Of a stretch of 64,000 bases of DNA, positions 26,724 through 40,711 are shown one piece after another. Every line of letters begins with the position of its first letter. The first letter of the stretch is position 1. Source of the stretch: Octopus bimaculoides. Its lineage: Eukaryota. The position numbers and the translations under genes were made by a program. The stretch is from positions 95,768,298 to 95,832,297 of the forward strand of contig NC_068987.1 in the NCBI RefSeq assembly GCF_001194135.2, given 5' to 3'. The notes under the pieces are model-generated. The model was not told the DNA's origin and ran no database searches. It worked only from the letters and a program-made list of their open reading frames with translations.

Positions 26724-27689
26724 TGTTTTAGCCCTTAGTTCTAATTAAATTTCATAAACAAAATTAAAATATTGTATTTATCTATTTATTTATAAAATCT
26801 CTATAAAGTAATTATTTTCTTTTACTGTACTTTATTTCTAAGCAATCTTAGAAATTGTGTAAAAAATATTTTCCAGTTGAATGGTTATTAAAGAATTTAG
26901 AAGTTTTGTGGATCATAACATACACATTATTAGAAAGGATACTGAGTTATCAAAGACAACAGAATTGCAAAGTTGTGTGCAAGTGTGTGTGGCTTTGTTA
27001 GAAGAAGAAAGGTTGGACACGTGATATTTTTCAGAGACCTTGCCTGAATGAATGCGACAGAGTGGATGTCACTAAGGACACCTGAGAGCAAAATAGTGTT
27101 TGTGAAACCAGTTGACAGATTCAGTCTTCCAACCAAAAACAGGAACAGTCTCTTCAGTTGGCTCTCACAGAATTTCCATCTAGCAAAATTTCAACCACAA
27201 GCTTTTAATTAACCCAAGGTTATAATGGAAGACACTTGTTTACAAAATGACATTATTAACCACACAGTCATACCAATTTTATACCTCTGTGTTCTTAGTT
27301 CAACTCCAAATAACCATCTGAAGAGTTTAACTAATATTGGCTGTCAGATAAATGAAACTTAACTCTAACCTTAACCAGATGATTTCTTATTTTGTGGGAG
27401 AGAAAATTCTTGTTACTTCATCAATGAACTGTGTTAATATATTCTTGCTATTAGGGGAGTACCAACAAAGCTGCCAATGGTGATTGAAGTCTTTTCTCCT
27501 CCATTCTTTTTATTTGTTAAATCTAAAGGAAAGGACAATGCCCATAGCCTTTGCCTGCCCTCTGAGTCTAATAAAATGATGCTATTAATGTTCCACACAA
27601 ACTATTGCAAGTCAAAAAGTGCAGGTAGAGAATTTTCTACAAAGTCAATGTTCCAGGGAGGAACAACTAGGTATGTTTAGTTCAGGGCC

Positions 27690-28690
27690 TGGGGGTGATG
27701 GACTCAATGTGAATGATGAGAAGAGAGACAAGGGGAGCCAAGTGGTTGTGACACAAGGTTAACCAATTCCAAGAAGAGGTTATTGTTGTAGAAGTAGAAA
27801 AAGTGGAGTTACAAAACTGCAACTGCTGGAGTATGTTTGAGTGACTTTACGCCAAACAGCCTTGTCACATTCTCTGGATGCAGTTTACAGTCTGTGTGTG
27901 CAACACTAGCTCTACCCCACATGCTGGAGCAATACTTCATTGTGAGTCTCTCTTAAGCTTTGAGGAGAAGGATGGGTCTTTGAGATGCAGTCCTATATTA
28001 ATGGTATGCATTTGCCTTGAAAGTATCTTGGTGATAATAAAGCCTAGCATTTGGGATGATCACAAGGTCTGTAGTTTCAGGCTGTTCATCTTTAGGTGGG
28101 TGTGAACTGCAATGATGATTTATAAGCAATGCTTGTATGTGTGTGTTTGCTGTTGAAGGTAACAAGCCTAGCGTGACTCCAGTGGATTATGGTTTTGAGA
28201 TTTTTATATATGGAATTAAGACAGGTTAGACATGGGATATCCAGGTTGCATGTGTGTGATGCTTGAGTGGGAAAGTTAAGAAAACATGAAAGATGGTGTC
28301 TACATCAAAATGGGCATTGTTGGGTGTGCCAGTAAGTAAGGCATTGGTATATAAGAGAAGAGTGGGGGCATAGAACTGGGCACATGAGTTGATAGAGCTT
28401 ATCCAAGTCCTATCTGCATAGTTCAAAATATTGTTTTCTGGCAGGAATGCCAAACCAAACAATGAAACCAATGGATCTCAAAGGCAAGGAGTTTTGACAG
28501 GATTTGCATACCGTTTACTAAAGTTGAGCATAATAACACTTCCTTCACCAAATTCCTCTTGGGCAGGGGCCCATTGGTTAGTGACAACTGAGGGTAGGTC
28601 TCTGATTGATCTAGCTTTACAGAACCCAAACAAATCATTAAGGAAACATACAAGCTGTTGGAGAATGCCACAATGGGGAGATGAAAAATA
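27690..28690 (-). mobile_element. Highly decayed CR1/Jockey-group LINE RT region
   Basis: Remnants ILSKLLAFEIH and PTLLLYTNALL...AHFDVDT resemble LLSKL..YGI and GPTLFLLYINDLL...YADDT. Boundaries are vague. Confidence 0.4.
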
Positions 28691-29860
28691 AACTTAATCT
28701 CAGTGGGATTTGAACTCAGAACCTCTTAAATGAAAGGAAGGACACTGAATAGTGTAATTCAGGTATGCTATTTTTTTTTTTTTTTAATTTTATTAGTTTG
28801 GTGTAGAGGAAAGACCTGTGACCATTGCCTTCACAGGCCCTCCGGAACTACTGAGATTAATATAACTAATGTTGCAGGCTGACAATATGACCGGAGTGTA
28901 TGAGAGCTGGCCATGTAGGAAATGAAACTAGTTGATGTAAGGAGCTAATGATCCATTAATATAAGGAGTGTGATAACCAAGAAGAGTCATGAATATTGGT
29001 TTCAAATTTTGGTGCAAGGCCAGCAATTTTTGGGGAAGAGTAAGTCAATCACATCAATCTCAGTATTTAACTGGTACTTATTTCATCAACCCCAAAAGGA
29101 TGAAAGGCAAAGTCAAACTTGGCAGAATTTGAACTCAGAATGTAAAACCAGATGAAATACCACTAAGCATTTCACCCAGTGATTCTGCTAGCTTGTCACC
29201 ATAGAATATGTCATAAATATTGAAGTCACCAAAAAACAATTACTACAGAGAGGTGTGAGATGAGATTATGTCATTAATGCAGAGATATGGTCACAGTATT
29301 GTTGGTAGTTAGAGGGATTCAGAGAGTAATAGAGGAAGCAGAAGAATTTAGAAAAGTTGAAGATGGAGGCTTTGAGCCAGAGTAACCAGAAATTCTTGTT
29401 GATATTCAGTTGAATGTCAGGGAGTATAATCTACGTATGCACAGGGATCATCTTTCAAAGTGAATTCCAATACTTCAATGTGAAGTTGGATGGTAAAGGT
29501 GAGCTAGAAATCAAGAATGAATATGTGTCTTGGGGAGAAAGAGTATGTGGATTTGCATGTTTGTAGGTACTGTGAGGGTTTATTTTCTGTCTTCTCTAAC
29601 ACCTATGTTTGAAGTCTATATGAATGTCAGAGAAGAGGGAAACTATCCAGCGGATTTAGTGCTTTTGTTTTTTGTAGCTATAGAAGGTACCAATGCTTTG
29701 TGACATCACAGTAATGGCAACCTTATCAAGAGAGAGCCTCATCCAAAAGCTAAAAGCCTCTATGTGCCAGGAAGTGGTATTAAACCAAGTGCTATGATGT
29801 ACCTACACCACCAGTACCACCATCTTCTATATTCTCACAGAATGATCATAGCTGGGGTTA

Positions 29861-32760
29861 TCATCATCATCATTGTTTAACATCCACTTTCTATACTTGC
29901 ATGGGTTGGATGGTTTGACTGAGGACTGGCAAGCCAGAAGACTGCACTAAGCTCCAATCTGATCTGACAAGGTTTCTACAATGGATGCCCTTCCTAATGC
30001 CAACCACTCCGAGAGTGTAGTGGGTGCCTTTTATGTGCCACTGGCATGGGGGACAGTCAGACGGTACTAGCATCAACCATGCTTGAATGGTGCTTTCTAA
30101 GTGCCACCAGCACAGGAGCCAGTCAGGTGGCACTGGCATCGACCACATTCGTATGGTGCTTTTTATGTGCTACCGGCACAGGACCAGTCAGACAGCACTG
30201 ACATCGACCATGCTCTAATGGTGCTTTTACATGCCAGTCAGGCAGTACTGGCATCAGCCATGACAATGATTTCACTTGACTCAACAGGTCTTCTCAACCA
30301 CACTATATTGCTCAATGGTTGAAGGGAACTCTTAAATGGATCAGTTATGCGACACTGACATAGGCCACAGTTACGGTCTCACTTGGCTTGCCAGGTCTTC
30401 TCAAGCACAGCATATCTCCAAAGGTCTCGGTCACTTGTCATTGCCTCCGTGAGGAACAACGCTCAAAAGTCGTGCTTCACCACCTCATGCCAAGTCTTCC
30501 TGGATCTACCTCTTCCACAAGTACCCTCCACTGTTAGGGTGTGACACTTTTTCACACACCTGCCTCATTCATATGCAAGACATAACCATACCAGCGCAGT
30601 CGTCTCTCTTGCACATCACACCTGATGCTTCTTATATCCAACTTTTCTCTCAAGGCGCTTACACTTTTGTGTATGCCCACAGACATTACACATCCAGCAG
30701 ATCATACTAGCTTCATTTCTTGCAAGCTTACGCATGTCCTCAGCAGTTACAGCCCATGTTTCACTGCCGTGTAGCATGGCAGTTTGCACACATGCATCAT
30801 ACAGTCTACCTTTCACTCTGAACAAATGAGCAAAAGGCCCTTTGTTACCAGCTGAGATAGGAGCTCTCTGAACTCTGCCCAGGTTATTCATATTCTAGCA
30901 GCTATGCTCTCAGAGCATCTACTGCTGCTACTGACTTGGTCACCTAGGTGACTGAAGCTATCAACCACTTCTAGTTTTTCTCCCTGGAATGTGACGGAAG
31001 CTGTTTTCTGCACATTTTCAGTGTTTATTGCCCTTGTGCATCTGCCACACACAAAATCTATCTTCCCAGTTAGCCTTCTTTTGATATTGCTGCACCCCTT
31101 ATGTGTCCATAGCTTACACTGGGTACATCTTCTATTTTTATACCTTTTCTACAGATCGAGCAGGGCCATTTACCTGAAGGGATTTGTGATTTGTCTGCCT
31201 TCCAACTTACTAAGACTTTGGTTTTTGCTAGATTGACTCTAAGGCCCTTCAAATCTAGACCTTGCTTCCACACCTGAAACTTCTCTAGTTNNNNNNNNNN
31301 CCTTCAAATCTAGACCTTGCTTCCACACCTGAAACTTCTCTAGTTCTGATAGTGACTCAGCTATTAGAGCAAGGCCATCAGCATAGAGGAGCTCCCAGGG
31401 GCATCCTGTCTTGAATCCTTTTGTTACTGCCTGGAGGACTATGATGAATAAGAGGGAGCTGAAGACTGATACTTGGTGGACCCCTACCCCTACCTGGAAT
31501 TCTTCATTATACTCGTTGCCGACCCTCAGCTGACAGCCTCCCTGTACATGGCTTGTACAGCTCTCACTAACCACTCATCTATCCCTAATTTCTGCATTGA
31601 CCACCAGATAAGAGATCGGGGGACCCTATCAAAGGCTTTCTCCATGTCAACGAAAGCCAAGTACAGAGGTTTATCTTTGGCTAGGTATTTTTCCTGCAGC
31701 TGTCTTACCAGAAATATAGCATCAGTAGTGATTCTCCCTGGCACAAACCCAAACTGCCTCTTGTCTAAACTAACTCTCTCCCTAATTAGTTGGGCTATGA
31801 CCCTCTCCATGACTTTCATTACCTGATCTAACAGCTTGATACCTCTGTAATTATTTATATCTAATGTGTTACCTTTAGCTTTATAGTAGTTGACTATGGT
31901 GCTGCTACACCAGTCATTGGGTATTGACTCCTTCATGTATCACTTGATTGACTATACGGGTGACTAGATTATAGCCTACACCACCAGATATTTTAAGCAT
32001 CTCTGCGGTGATTCCTGGTAGGCCGGGGGCTTCCCCTGTCTTCATACTCTTAATTGCTTTATCTAACAAGCTACTGTCAATTCGGACAGCTGGTCCCTCT
32101 GTTGGGTTGACATTTGGCAGACTCTCTTTCTCTCATTCACTCTCTTCATTTAGCAACCTTTCATAGTGGCATTTCCAGATCTCTCTCTTTGCAGCCGCAT
32201 TAAATGCAAGTGAGCCATCATCCATGTGGACACATTTCTTTCCTATGACATTACGATTCTGTCTCACACAGTCTTACAATACGAAACTTTTCAAGTCTTT
32301 GGTCCTCACGACACAGAACATTGGCAAATTTTTCCTTATCTGCTTCCCCTCTAAGTAAACCTGTCATTAGCTTCCCTTCTGGTGATCTGATACAGTTCCC
32401 TGCTACCACTGTTCTTTCACTCCTTCCATGCTTGTTTCTTTTCCCTAATGGCCTGTCAACTACATTGTCCCACCACCACGTTACCTTAGGTTAAGAGGGG
32501 ACTTTGCACCATCCACAGTAGCCCTCAACAGGTTGTCCCATAGGAACCTCCAGTTGTCTTCTACATTATGTGATGCTATATCCTCTTCTTTTTTGTCAAA
32601 AGCTTCGAATATATGTCTCTAAATCTCTGTCCATTCTCAGGATCCTTAAGCTTCCAGGCCCTTCTTTCCCATGCTGGTCGTCTTCTGGGCATCCATTTAG
32701 CTCTGACCCTGAAGTCACTAACTACTGCATTCTTCACCTGGGAAGGTTTTTGCATTTATA
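29861..32760 (-). mobile_element. Degenerate RTE-clade LINE (EN remnant, RT, 3' UTR, (TGA)n tail)
   Basis: Minus-strand frames ...NYRGIKLLDQVMKVMER...QFGFVPGRITTDAIFLVRQLQEKY...AFVDMEKAFDRVPR, VGVHQVSVFSSLLF, WELLYADG. Frameshifts and stops. (CAT)n at 29861 on +. Confidence 0.9.
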
Positions 32761-35023
32761 AGTAGCCACCTTTCCTGTTTCCTGAAGTTAGTATTACAGA
32801 CCATTAGATCATAGGGCAGGCGGTATAGGTGGTGGGGAGCAGGATGGGTGGACTGTATAAGGTGGTGGATTCACACCATGAAACAGCAAACATTCTGGCT
32901 ACCAGTGTGAAAGAATAACAACAACAATAATATGAGATAGAATTGGACATTTGCATTCTTAACTAGAGCTATAACCAACAGTTGAACAAGGAGTGAATAA
33001 CAATAATAAATGTGCATGAAAGAGAGGGAGAAGGGAGAAAGAGAGAGAATTGGATTGAATATAGGGATCTTAAGTTTTCTCTAACATAAGGCATGGAAGA
33101 CAAAACTGTGGGTACATAGATAGATAATGAAATAATAAAGTAGTTATAATTTGCACAGTAAAAAGAGGTTTTTAGATGTGTGCGAGGCTGGAAACGAAGT
33201 TGATTTATCTGAACATCTTCTTTGACTTCTACTTCGTGTGGCAAGATATTAAAATATGAGGTAGGGGAATCTGAATGGAACTAGTTTATATAAGGTGGGG
33301 GAGCGTAGGAAATGTCATGTTGGGAGAATTAAATGGTTAACAGAACTGAGAGAGAGAAACCAGAAGCTGGTTGAAGACAAAACATGAGGAGATGGAATTT
33401 TCGGGATTTAGAGTAACATAACTGAACGATTGGATTTAACTTGCCATCATAACAAACCGTGAAACAGCAAATGCTCTGGCTGCCGGTGTGAAAGAATAAT
33501 AACAAGATAGAATTGGACATTTGCATTCTTGGTACCTTTGATTAATTAGAGATGACATAAAGTTAACCAATAACTCTTCTCACTTAACTGGCTGACCATA
33601 AAGCTTCCACACCTACTTCTTGGTTGAGTGCCTAGCAGCATGGAAGGGCAACTAGCTGTAAAATAACAATGGCTCCAATAAATAAACAATCTCTTCCATG
33701 CAGTAAAAATACAATAAAAATAAAAATATAAGTTTTTACCAAATTTTACATAAAAAATATTTTATTTCCTTATTAATTTTCACTAAGATGGGAAGTAAAC
33801 AATTTATTTGAAAATGGTCACATAAATAGATGGCCATGACAATAAAATAAGACCAGTTTATTTGATGAAATTAAATGAATACAAGATGGTAATGTTAATG
33901 GTTATGATGCAGTAATGTTAATAAAAGTCTCATATACTTGTATACACACACACACACTCTCAGAATCATTTCTTTTCCATACTGTTCTACACATCAATCC
34001 GTCCATGGACTGTTCCAGTAGCATATTAGCTTTTCTATGACATATTAATGGAGTTTGAGATGAACTGAATCTCATGCTAGGACTATAATTGCGAATATTT
34101 TACATCGCTGTACGTGATTACCTGAAGCCAAGCAAGCACAACAATGTTAATTATCACTGGTAATATTTCCCTAGGATATGCAACCTACTCCTGTATTAAA
34201 ATATGCAAATTTAAGTGTTCTGCCCAAATATACAATGAAATTCCTGCAATAGATTTAAACTTGGACTTATGAGCTGCTTAACCACGATCTGCTAATTTAC
34301 TTTTCATTTTGCACATATGCAAGTCTATTGATATTCTTTTAACTAGATACTATGAGAAATAAAATAATTTTTGTATTCTACACAAAATATGGGTATATTC
34401 TGCTACACACATATGTAATGTGATTATATGTACAAAAATATGTTATAACATATACATGTAAATAGAAATAGCTCAATATAGATGTGTATAACAGTACATA
34501 AGTGCCAGAATGTGTGAGAGAGGAGGAGAGAGACTGAAAGGCACTTTCTTAAATGATGGTTCATTTTTATGAAAGTATAAATGATTTTCCATTGTAGTTT
34601 GAACAATTGCATTTTAAAAAAATCTTCTCGTGTCTTGAAATACAAAACATTACCAGTAACGTTCGAATTAGGTGTTCTTTCACAATACCCTAGCATTTAT
34701 ATCTAATTTTCGTTTGGTCGATGAAACGAGACCGTGCAAAATAGAAATAAAATTCTATACTTGGATATTTTGATAAAGCGATGAGAAAAAAACCTAACTG
34801 ATGAACATTTTACTATAAATCAGAATACAATGGCGCTTTAATTGTGAAAACTCAATTGACAAACTAAAATATGCATAACAACAGACAAACATGTTAATTT
34901 AGTTTTTGCTCAGTATAAGACTGTTGTTTGAATGGCTTTTATATCAATATGTATACATTAATTCGTTAATATTGTTTGAATTCCTACAATGAAAATATCA
35001 TTATGCCAACACACAGTTATTAC

Positions 35024-36226
35024 TCATGTTTTTTTCTTCGTTATCTTCATAGCTTTCACGTTCTTGCGACCAGTTGGACAGAGTTCCTTGTTAAGACACG
35101 TAACACAAGCTGGGTTGACGGGTCTGCAGAGTTGTTGGCCAAAACCGACCAACAAATGGTTCACTTCATTCCAATATTCGCGAGGCAGCCAGTCTTCAAG
35201 AAATTTGCGAGTTTTTTCAGGTTCTTTTGTTTGTGTAGGAACCCATCCAAGTCTGTTAGAAATGCGGTGAACATGTGTGTCCACACCAATTCCTGTTAGT
35301 TTGTCCCACGCGCATTTCATAATCAGGTGAGCCATTTTGGGACCAATACCGGGTAACTGAAGCAAACCTTCGAGAGAGTGAGGAATATCACCATGATATT
35401 TCTCTTTCAGAATGCGTGTTGTTTTCTTTATATACTCGACCTTCCTCTTCCAAAAGCCAACAGGGTAAATAAGTTTGCCCAGTTTTTCATCCGTAGTTTC
35501 CAAGATGTTGTCGATGTTGCATCCATATTCTCTCAGTCGCATCATTGCTGCTGAGGTGACTTCGTCTTTAGTTTGACTGGACAGCATCAGTGATAACAGG
35601 ACCTGGTATCGGAATATTTCAGGTGCTGAAGTACGATCTGATATCGTATCGCAACCCATACTATCTACTGGGGCGTCTTGATGTTTACGCATCTCTCGAA
35701 TGTTATTGAGAACTAATGACCACCCTTCGGGTTCCCATTTGGTTCTTTTATTTTCCTGTTCCAGATCAGTTTGCTCGTGTTTTTTCGTTGTAAAATACGG
35801 CGATACAGTTTCAACATCTGTATTGTTATTTTCAAACTCATCATTCTTTTCGTATTTAATCGTTATTTTCGATCTTTGCTTTCTAACTCGGGTAGTATTT
35901 TTGTCAGAAAGTCCTTGTTGATTAGCTGTGTCGCTTCTGTAAGTTTCGTTTCTTCCAACTGCTTCATTACTATTTTCAAGGAGTTTTGTATACTGGGTGT
36001 CTTCTGTTTTGATGTCACTAGCACTAGCAACACGTGGTGACATTTTACTTTCGACTTTTAAATGGTTATAATTATTAGACTTTCTACTCAGAGATCGTGT
36101 ATGGCGTCGATTTCCGTTAAGAACCTGATGATTTTTCGAAGCAGGAAGCATTTTTAGTAGGTGTAAATAACAATTCAAACGAGCGACGGAAATATACCGC
36201 GAAATGTTTACGACATTCAGAGACAT
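35024..36226 (-). CDS. NTHL1: Endonuclease III-like protein 1 (bifunctional DNA glycosylase/AP lyase), single exon, 400 aa
   Basis: Uninterrupted ORF with LSSQTKD, the HhH motif [12 protein letters not shown] (catalytic Lys), [17 protein letters not shown] (catalytic Asp) and the C-x6-C-x2-C-x5-C 4Fe-4S motif [17 protein letters not shown]. Confidence 0.97.
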   Translation of the reverse strand: MSLNVVNISRYISVARLNCYLHLLKMLPASKNHQVLNGNRRHTRSLSRKSNNYNHLKVESKMSPRVASASDIKTEDTQYTKLLENSNEAVGRNETYRSDTANQQGLSDKNTTRVRKQRSKITIKYEKNDEFENNNTDVETVSPYFTTKKHEQTDLEQENKRTKWEPEGWSLVLNNIREMRKHQDAPVDSMGCDTISDRTSAPEIFRYQVLLSLMLSSQTKDEVTSAAMMRLREYGCNIDNILETTDEKLGKLIYPVGFWKRKVEYIKKTTRILKEKYHGDIPHSLEGLLQLPGIGPKMAHLIMKCAWDKLTGIGVDTHVHRISNRLGWVPTQTKEPEKTRKFLEDWLPREYWNEVNHLLVGFGQQLCRPVNPACVTCLNKELCPTGRKNVKAMKITKKKT

Positions 36227-38744
36227 AAATAAAACAACAAAGGGTAGGTAACTCTCAAATGAACATCTAGCTGAGTTTCTTATTTCCCTTATTCAAACTT
36301 TCGCAGTTTTGCTGCATTTTTTAAAACTTCGTTTCGAATTTCATCATAAGAAAAATGAAAGTACATTTGATATCGATCTGTAGTGTTCAGCAAATGTTTC
36401 GAGGATTGTGATTTAGATAAAAGATAATATTCGTGGAGATTGACTTTGATTCAAATGTTATTAATGATACTTGGAAGCACAAGCGATAAAATAAATGGTG
36501 CTATGGCACAATGCTTCGACCTTTTTGTTTTTAGACGTTAAGGTGTAGTTTAAAAAATATTTGGCTGTTTCGCCTTCGTTCTATGTCCTGTTTCCATGGA
36601 GACAAAATGTCTCAATTTCTGGTGCGTCCGGCAATGGACGCTTCCGATTAACTAAAATTACGTAATTTTAAATGCTTGTAACTTCTTTATTATTAATATT
36701 TGGGGAAAAAAATCAACATGATATTCGTCATTACATTTTTTTAATAATATAGGGAAAATTTGAATAACTTCAGGTTATTCAAATTTGGGAGAAATTTCAC
36801 GAAATCTGAAATTGTTATTCATTATTTAGTGTCATGTCATACTAAATTCATTTCAAGTTGTAATGCTTCACGTTCAGAAGCTTTATTCAACTAAATACCT
36901 TGAACTAGTGAGCTACCTTAAATAGTATATAAAATGTATGCAACACTATAACATTAGCATATCTATGACATTCTGACACCATTCGCTTCAAAACATTACA
37001 AGAAGAATCACAGCAACACTATTGCCGCCTTGAGAAATAAATCTAGCTTGTAATTCATCATTTCTTCTACCTCAATACTAAACTGCAGCTTCAGTTTTAT
37101 AAGACATTGTTACTTGGGTCCATCAAAGACAATAAACTAAAAGTCCTTAGAAAGCAGGATTATCTAGTGACTCAAAAAGGCACTAATAATACCTTTACTT
37201 ACTAAGTAAGCTTTGAAACCTATTTTAACACTTGTTACTATTTTTTCAGCTGTCCCAATTACTTCTGGATAATATGGGGGTGTTTATATGGGTTTACATT
37301 TATTATGAAGCCATATTCACAAATCATTATCATGAAATTTGCTGGCATTGTCAGGCACTAATGTTTCTGGAACACTATTTCTGCAAAATAACACTTCTTA
37401 ATCCATTACCTACCAGTGATCTCATATGAGATCACTTAAAAATTACAAATTTCGTAATTATCTGTCAATATTTACACATATCTAACCTTTTCGCTATATC
37501 TGCTAGGTATATTTCTCTGATATTCAAATGAGGTTTGCTAATTTTCACCCAATATCTCGCTTATTTCTATTTAAAATTTTATTTTGATCATTCCAGCATG
37601 TTTCAAACACTGTTTTATGCTAGAAATCAAAGTTTCATTAAAAAAATTCCAGTTAATAGAATTATGGGAGCTAATGGGTTAATATCTGGTTAATTGGTTC
37701 TGGTTTTTTATTCTTAATTTTAGCATTAACAAACATTAAGAACAGTTGTTTTTGCTTTAAATGGGTACTGGGAGAGTCAATTTGCACATTACATTGCTTT
37801 TATTATGTTTTCACACACACACACAGTGATTATTCACATAAACGTCTCTTGTTACTTGACATGCTATAAAATAGTATCACCTAATTACTGAACCTCATTC
37901 CTTTTCCCTCATCATTAAGACATCAACCTGAGAGAATCATTAGCATGTCTGATAAAATGCCAAAAACATTTCTTCCGGTTTTTAACATTCTATGCTTAAG
38001 ATTTGCCAAGGTCAACTTTGACTTTTATCCTTTCAGGGTCATTAAAATAAGTAACTGTTGAGCACTAGGATCAGTAATTGACAAGCCCCCTTCCCCTAAA
38101 ATTGCTGGCTTTGTATCAAAATGTTAAACTATTATTATATTATGTCTTTCTGACAGTTTAAATAGATGTTACTTTTGTTTCTCTTGCATTTTGGATAACT
38201 CCCAGACTAAACTGTCACAAGACTGGACCCAAAATTATGTGGTTGCAAAGTGAGCTTCTTAATAACATGACCATGGTGAGCAAATATTGCTTCAAGAAAT
38301 ATTACATTAGTAACAGCTGATTTAATGAAAACAAGTTCATTAAAATTCCAAAACAGTTGTGTTGATAGTCATACTCAGCAAATGGTGATAAATAGGTAGA
38401 CTTGAACTGAAATTCCTCAAAATTCTGCTTTTTCAACATGGGCAAAAAAATTTCAGTGAAAGGGATTTATGAAATTGCAGTTATGTATCAAGATAAAGCA
38501 TTTAAATTACATTAAATATACATCTGAAAGAAGGAATCCAACCAAAATTCTGCAAAATTCTGATGTGAATTCAGTGCTAGAATGAAAAGAGATCAAGTTG
38601 GTCTGTAACTTAATTTCCAGTTTTCACTTAGAATTTTGCAGGTGGACTGCATTCATTACCAGGAACTGTAGTCACAATCTTGAGTCCTACACTGTGCATG
38701 ATCAAAATGGAGCACAACATGTGGAAGCAACATTGGGTTCAACT

Positions 38745-38822
38745 TAAAGCTTATACCATAAAACCAATGATCTATCCTGAGGTCTAGGTGGATAGATCAT
38801 TGGTTTTATGATATAAGCTTTA
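38745..38822. repeat. 78-nt near-perfect hairpin
   Basis: 33-bp arms with 1 mismatch; 12-nt loop tgaggtctaggt. Confidence 0.95.
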
Positions 38823-38899
38823 GTTTCTGGGGGTGCTTCAAAATATTTTGGGAGGGCACTAAATTGTAAAAATGCTAAAGTAGAGTAAATCTGAGGGTG

Positions 38900-39332
38900 C
38901 ACCATTGAATTGCGAGTGGGGGGGGGCAGAAGACAAAAGGTGTTCTTCTGTCAGGATAATACTCACCCACATACAGCGAAGATGACATTTCAAAGGCAGG
39001 AGCAGTTTGAATGGGAAACGATGCCCCACTCATTATATTCACGTGATATTGTCCCATCTGATTATCATTTATTCTACAGTCTTCAAAATCATTTGGATGG
39101 GGAAAAAAATGAATTCTGTAGATGAGGTCAGAACAGAACTGGAGGAGTATTTTTCATCACAGACAAGTGAATTTTGGAAGAGGATCATTGCAAGTCTAAC
39201 AGAAAGATGGAAGAGCATTGTAGAAAATGAAGGAGAGTAAATTTTAGATTAGAAAAGAACTTTGTTTATCTTAATTTTGAAAAATAAAGAAGTGTAAAAA
39301 AAACTGCATTATCTATGGGATGACCCAATATA
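38900..39332 (+). mobile_element. 3' part of a decayed mariner (DD34D-type) element
   Basis: QDNTHPHTAKMT...FEWETMPHSLYSRDIVPSDYHLFYSLQNHLDG (YSPDLAPSDY motif). TIR-like end gcattatctatgggatgacccaata-TA. Confidence 0.8.
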
Positions 39333-40578
39333 TGTTCTCTAACCAGCAAATTCACTGTTAAGAATTATTTTCTGCAGAATGATTTCCGGTATTTTGGCAT
39401 GCCAAAACAAAGACTTTTGAAATATAACCCTAAATGTAATTGGTAGAACTATATACATGTTCAATCTCATGTGGACATCTCGTGTATAGTTCTGCAAATT
39501 ATATTGCTATGACGATCACTGATGAATTGTGGACATTTATGTAAGTGGTAACAATGAAACTGTAATTAATTCTTATATTTTGTATCTTTTCATTTGTCTT
39601 GCTCGCTTACGTTCTGGCATTTACTGAATTTTCTTCCCAACAATCTTTTCTTAGTGGTCTTCTTCTAGTATAATGGACGTCCACTTAGTGGTCATCCCTC
39701 TTACATGTATGTAATATATTTTTTCTGAATCTTCAGATTTTTCAGTATGCTAGGCCACTGGTTTTAAATTGATATTAATCAAATTAATATTCAATTTTTC
39801 ACCCTTATTATTTAAATTTATAATATATCATCATCATCATCATCATCGTTTAACGTCTGCTTTCCATGCTAGCATGGGTTGGACGATTTGACTGAGGACT
39901 GGTGGACTAGGAGGCGACACCAGGCTCCAATCTGATTTGGCAGAGTTTCTACAGCTGGATGCCCTTCCTAACGCCAACCACTCCGAGAGTGTAGTGGGTG
40001 CTTTTACGTGCCACCGGCATGAAGGCCNNNNNNNNNNNNNNNNNNNNNNNNNNNNNNNNNNNNNNNNNNNNNNNNNNNNNNNNNNNNNNNNNNNNNNNNN
40101 NNNNNNNNNNNNNNNNNNNNNNNNNNNNNNNNNNNNNNNNNNNNNNNNNNNNNNNNNNNNNNNNNNNNNNNNNNNNNNNNNNNNNNNNNNNNNNNNNNNN
40201 NNNNNNNNNNNNNNNNNNNNNNNNNNNNNNNNNNNNNNNNNNNNNNNNNNNNNNNNNNNNNNNNNNNNNNNNNNNNNNNNNNNNNNNNNNNNNNNNNNNN
40301 NNNNNNNNNNNNNNNNNNNNNNNNNNNNNNNNNNNNNNNNNNNNNNNNNNNNNNNNNNNNNNNNNNNNNNNNNNNNNNNNNNNNNNNNNNNNNNNNNNNN
40401 NNNNNNNNNNNNNNNNNNNNNNNNNNNNNNNNNNNNNNNNNNNNNNNNNNNNNNNNNNNNNNNNNNNNNNNNNNNNNNNNNNNNNNNNNNNNNNNNNNNN
40501 NNNNNNNNNNNNNNNNNNNNNNNNNNNNNNNNNNNNNNNNNNNNNNNNNNNNNNNNNNNNNNNNNNNNNNNNNNNNNN

Positions 40579-40615
<37 letters not shown>

Positions 40616-40711
40616 AGAAATAATTTTTGTTTCTTTTTATGGAAACAAAAAAAGATATATAGGACTGCAAAAAAGAAGTCCTTCAATGAAATTGAGACAG
40701 AGACAAAAAAT

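Noticed and set aside
31246-31345. Apparent 45-bp tandem duplication around a 10-N gap
   Set aside because: Identical sequence on both sides of a nominal gap is typical of unmerged contig overlap, not a biological repeat.
34976-36040. Plus-strand ORFs overlapping NTHL1
   Set aside because: Antisense shadows of the NTHL1 coding sequence with no recognisable motifs.
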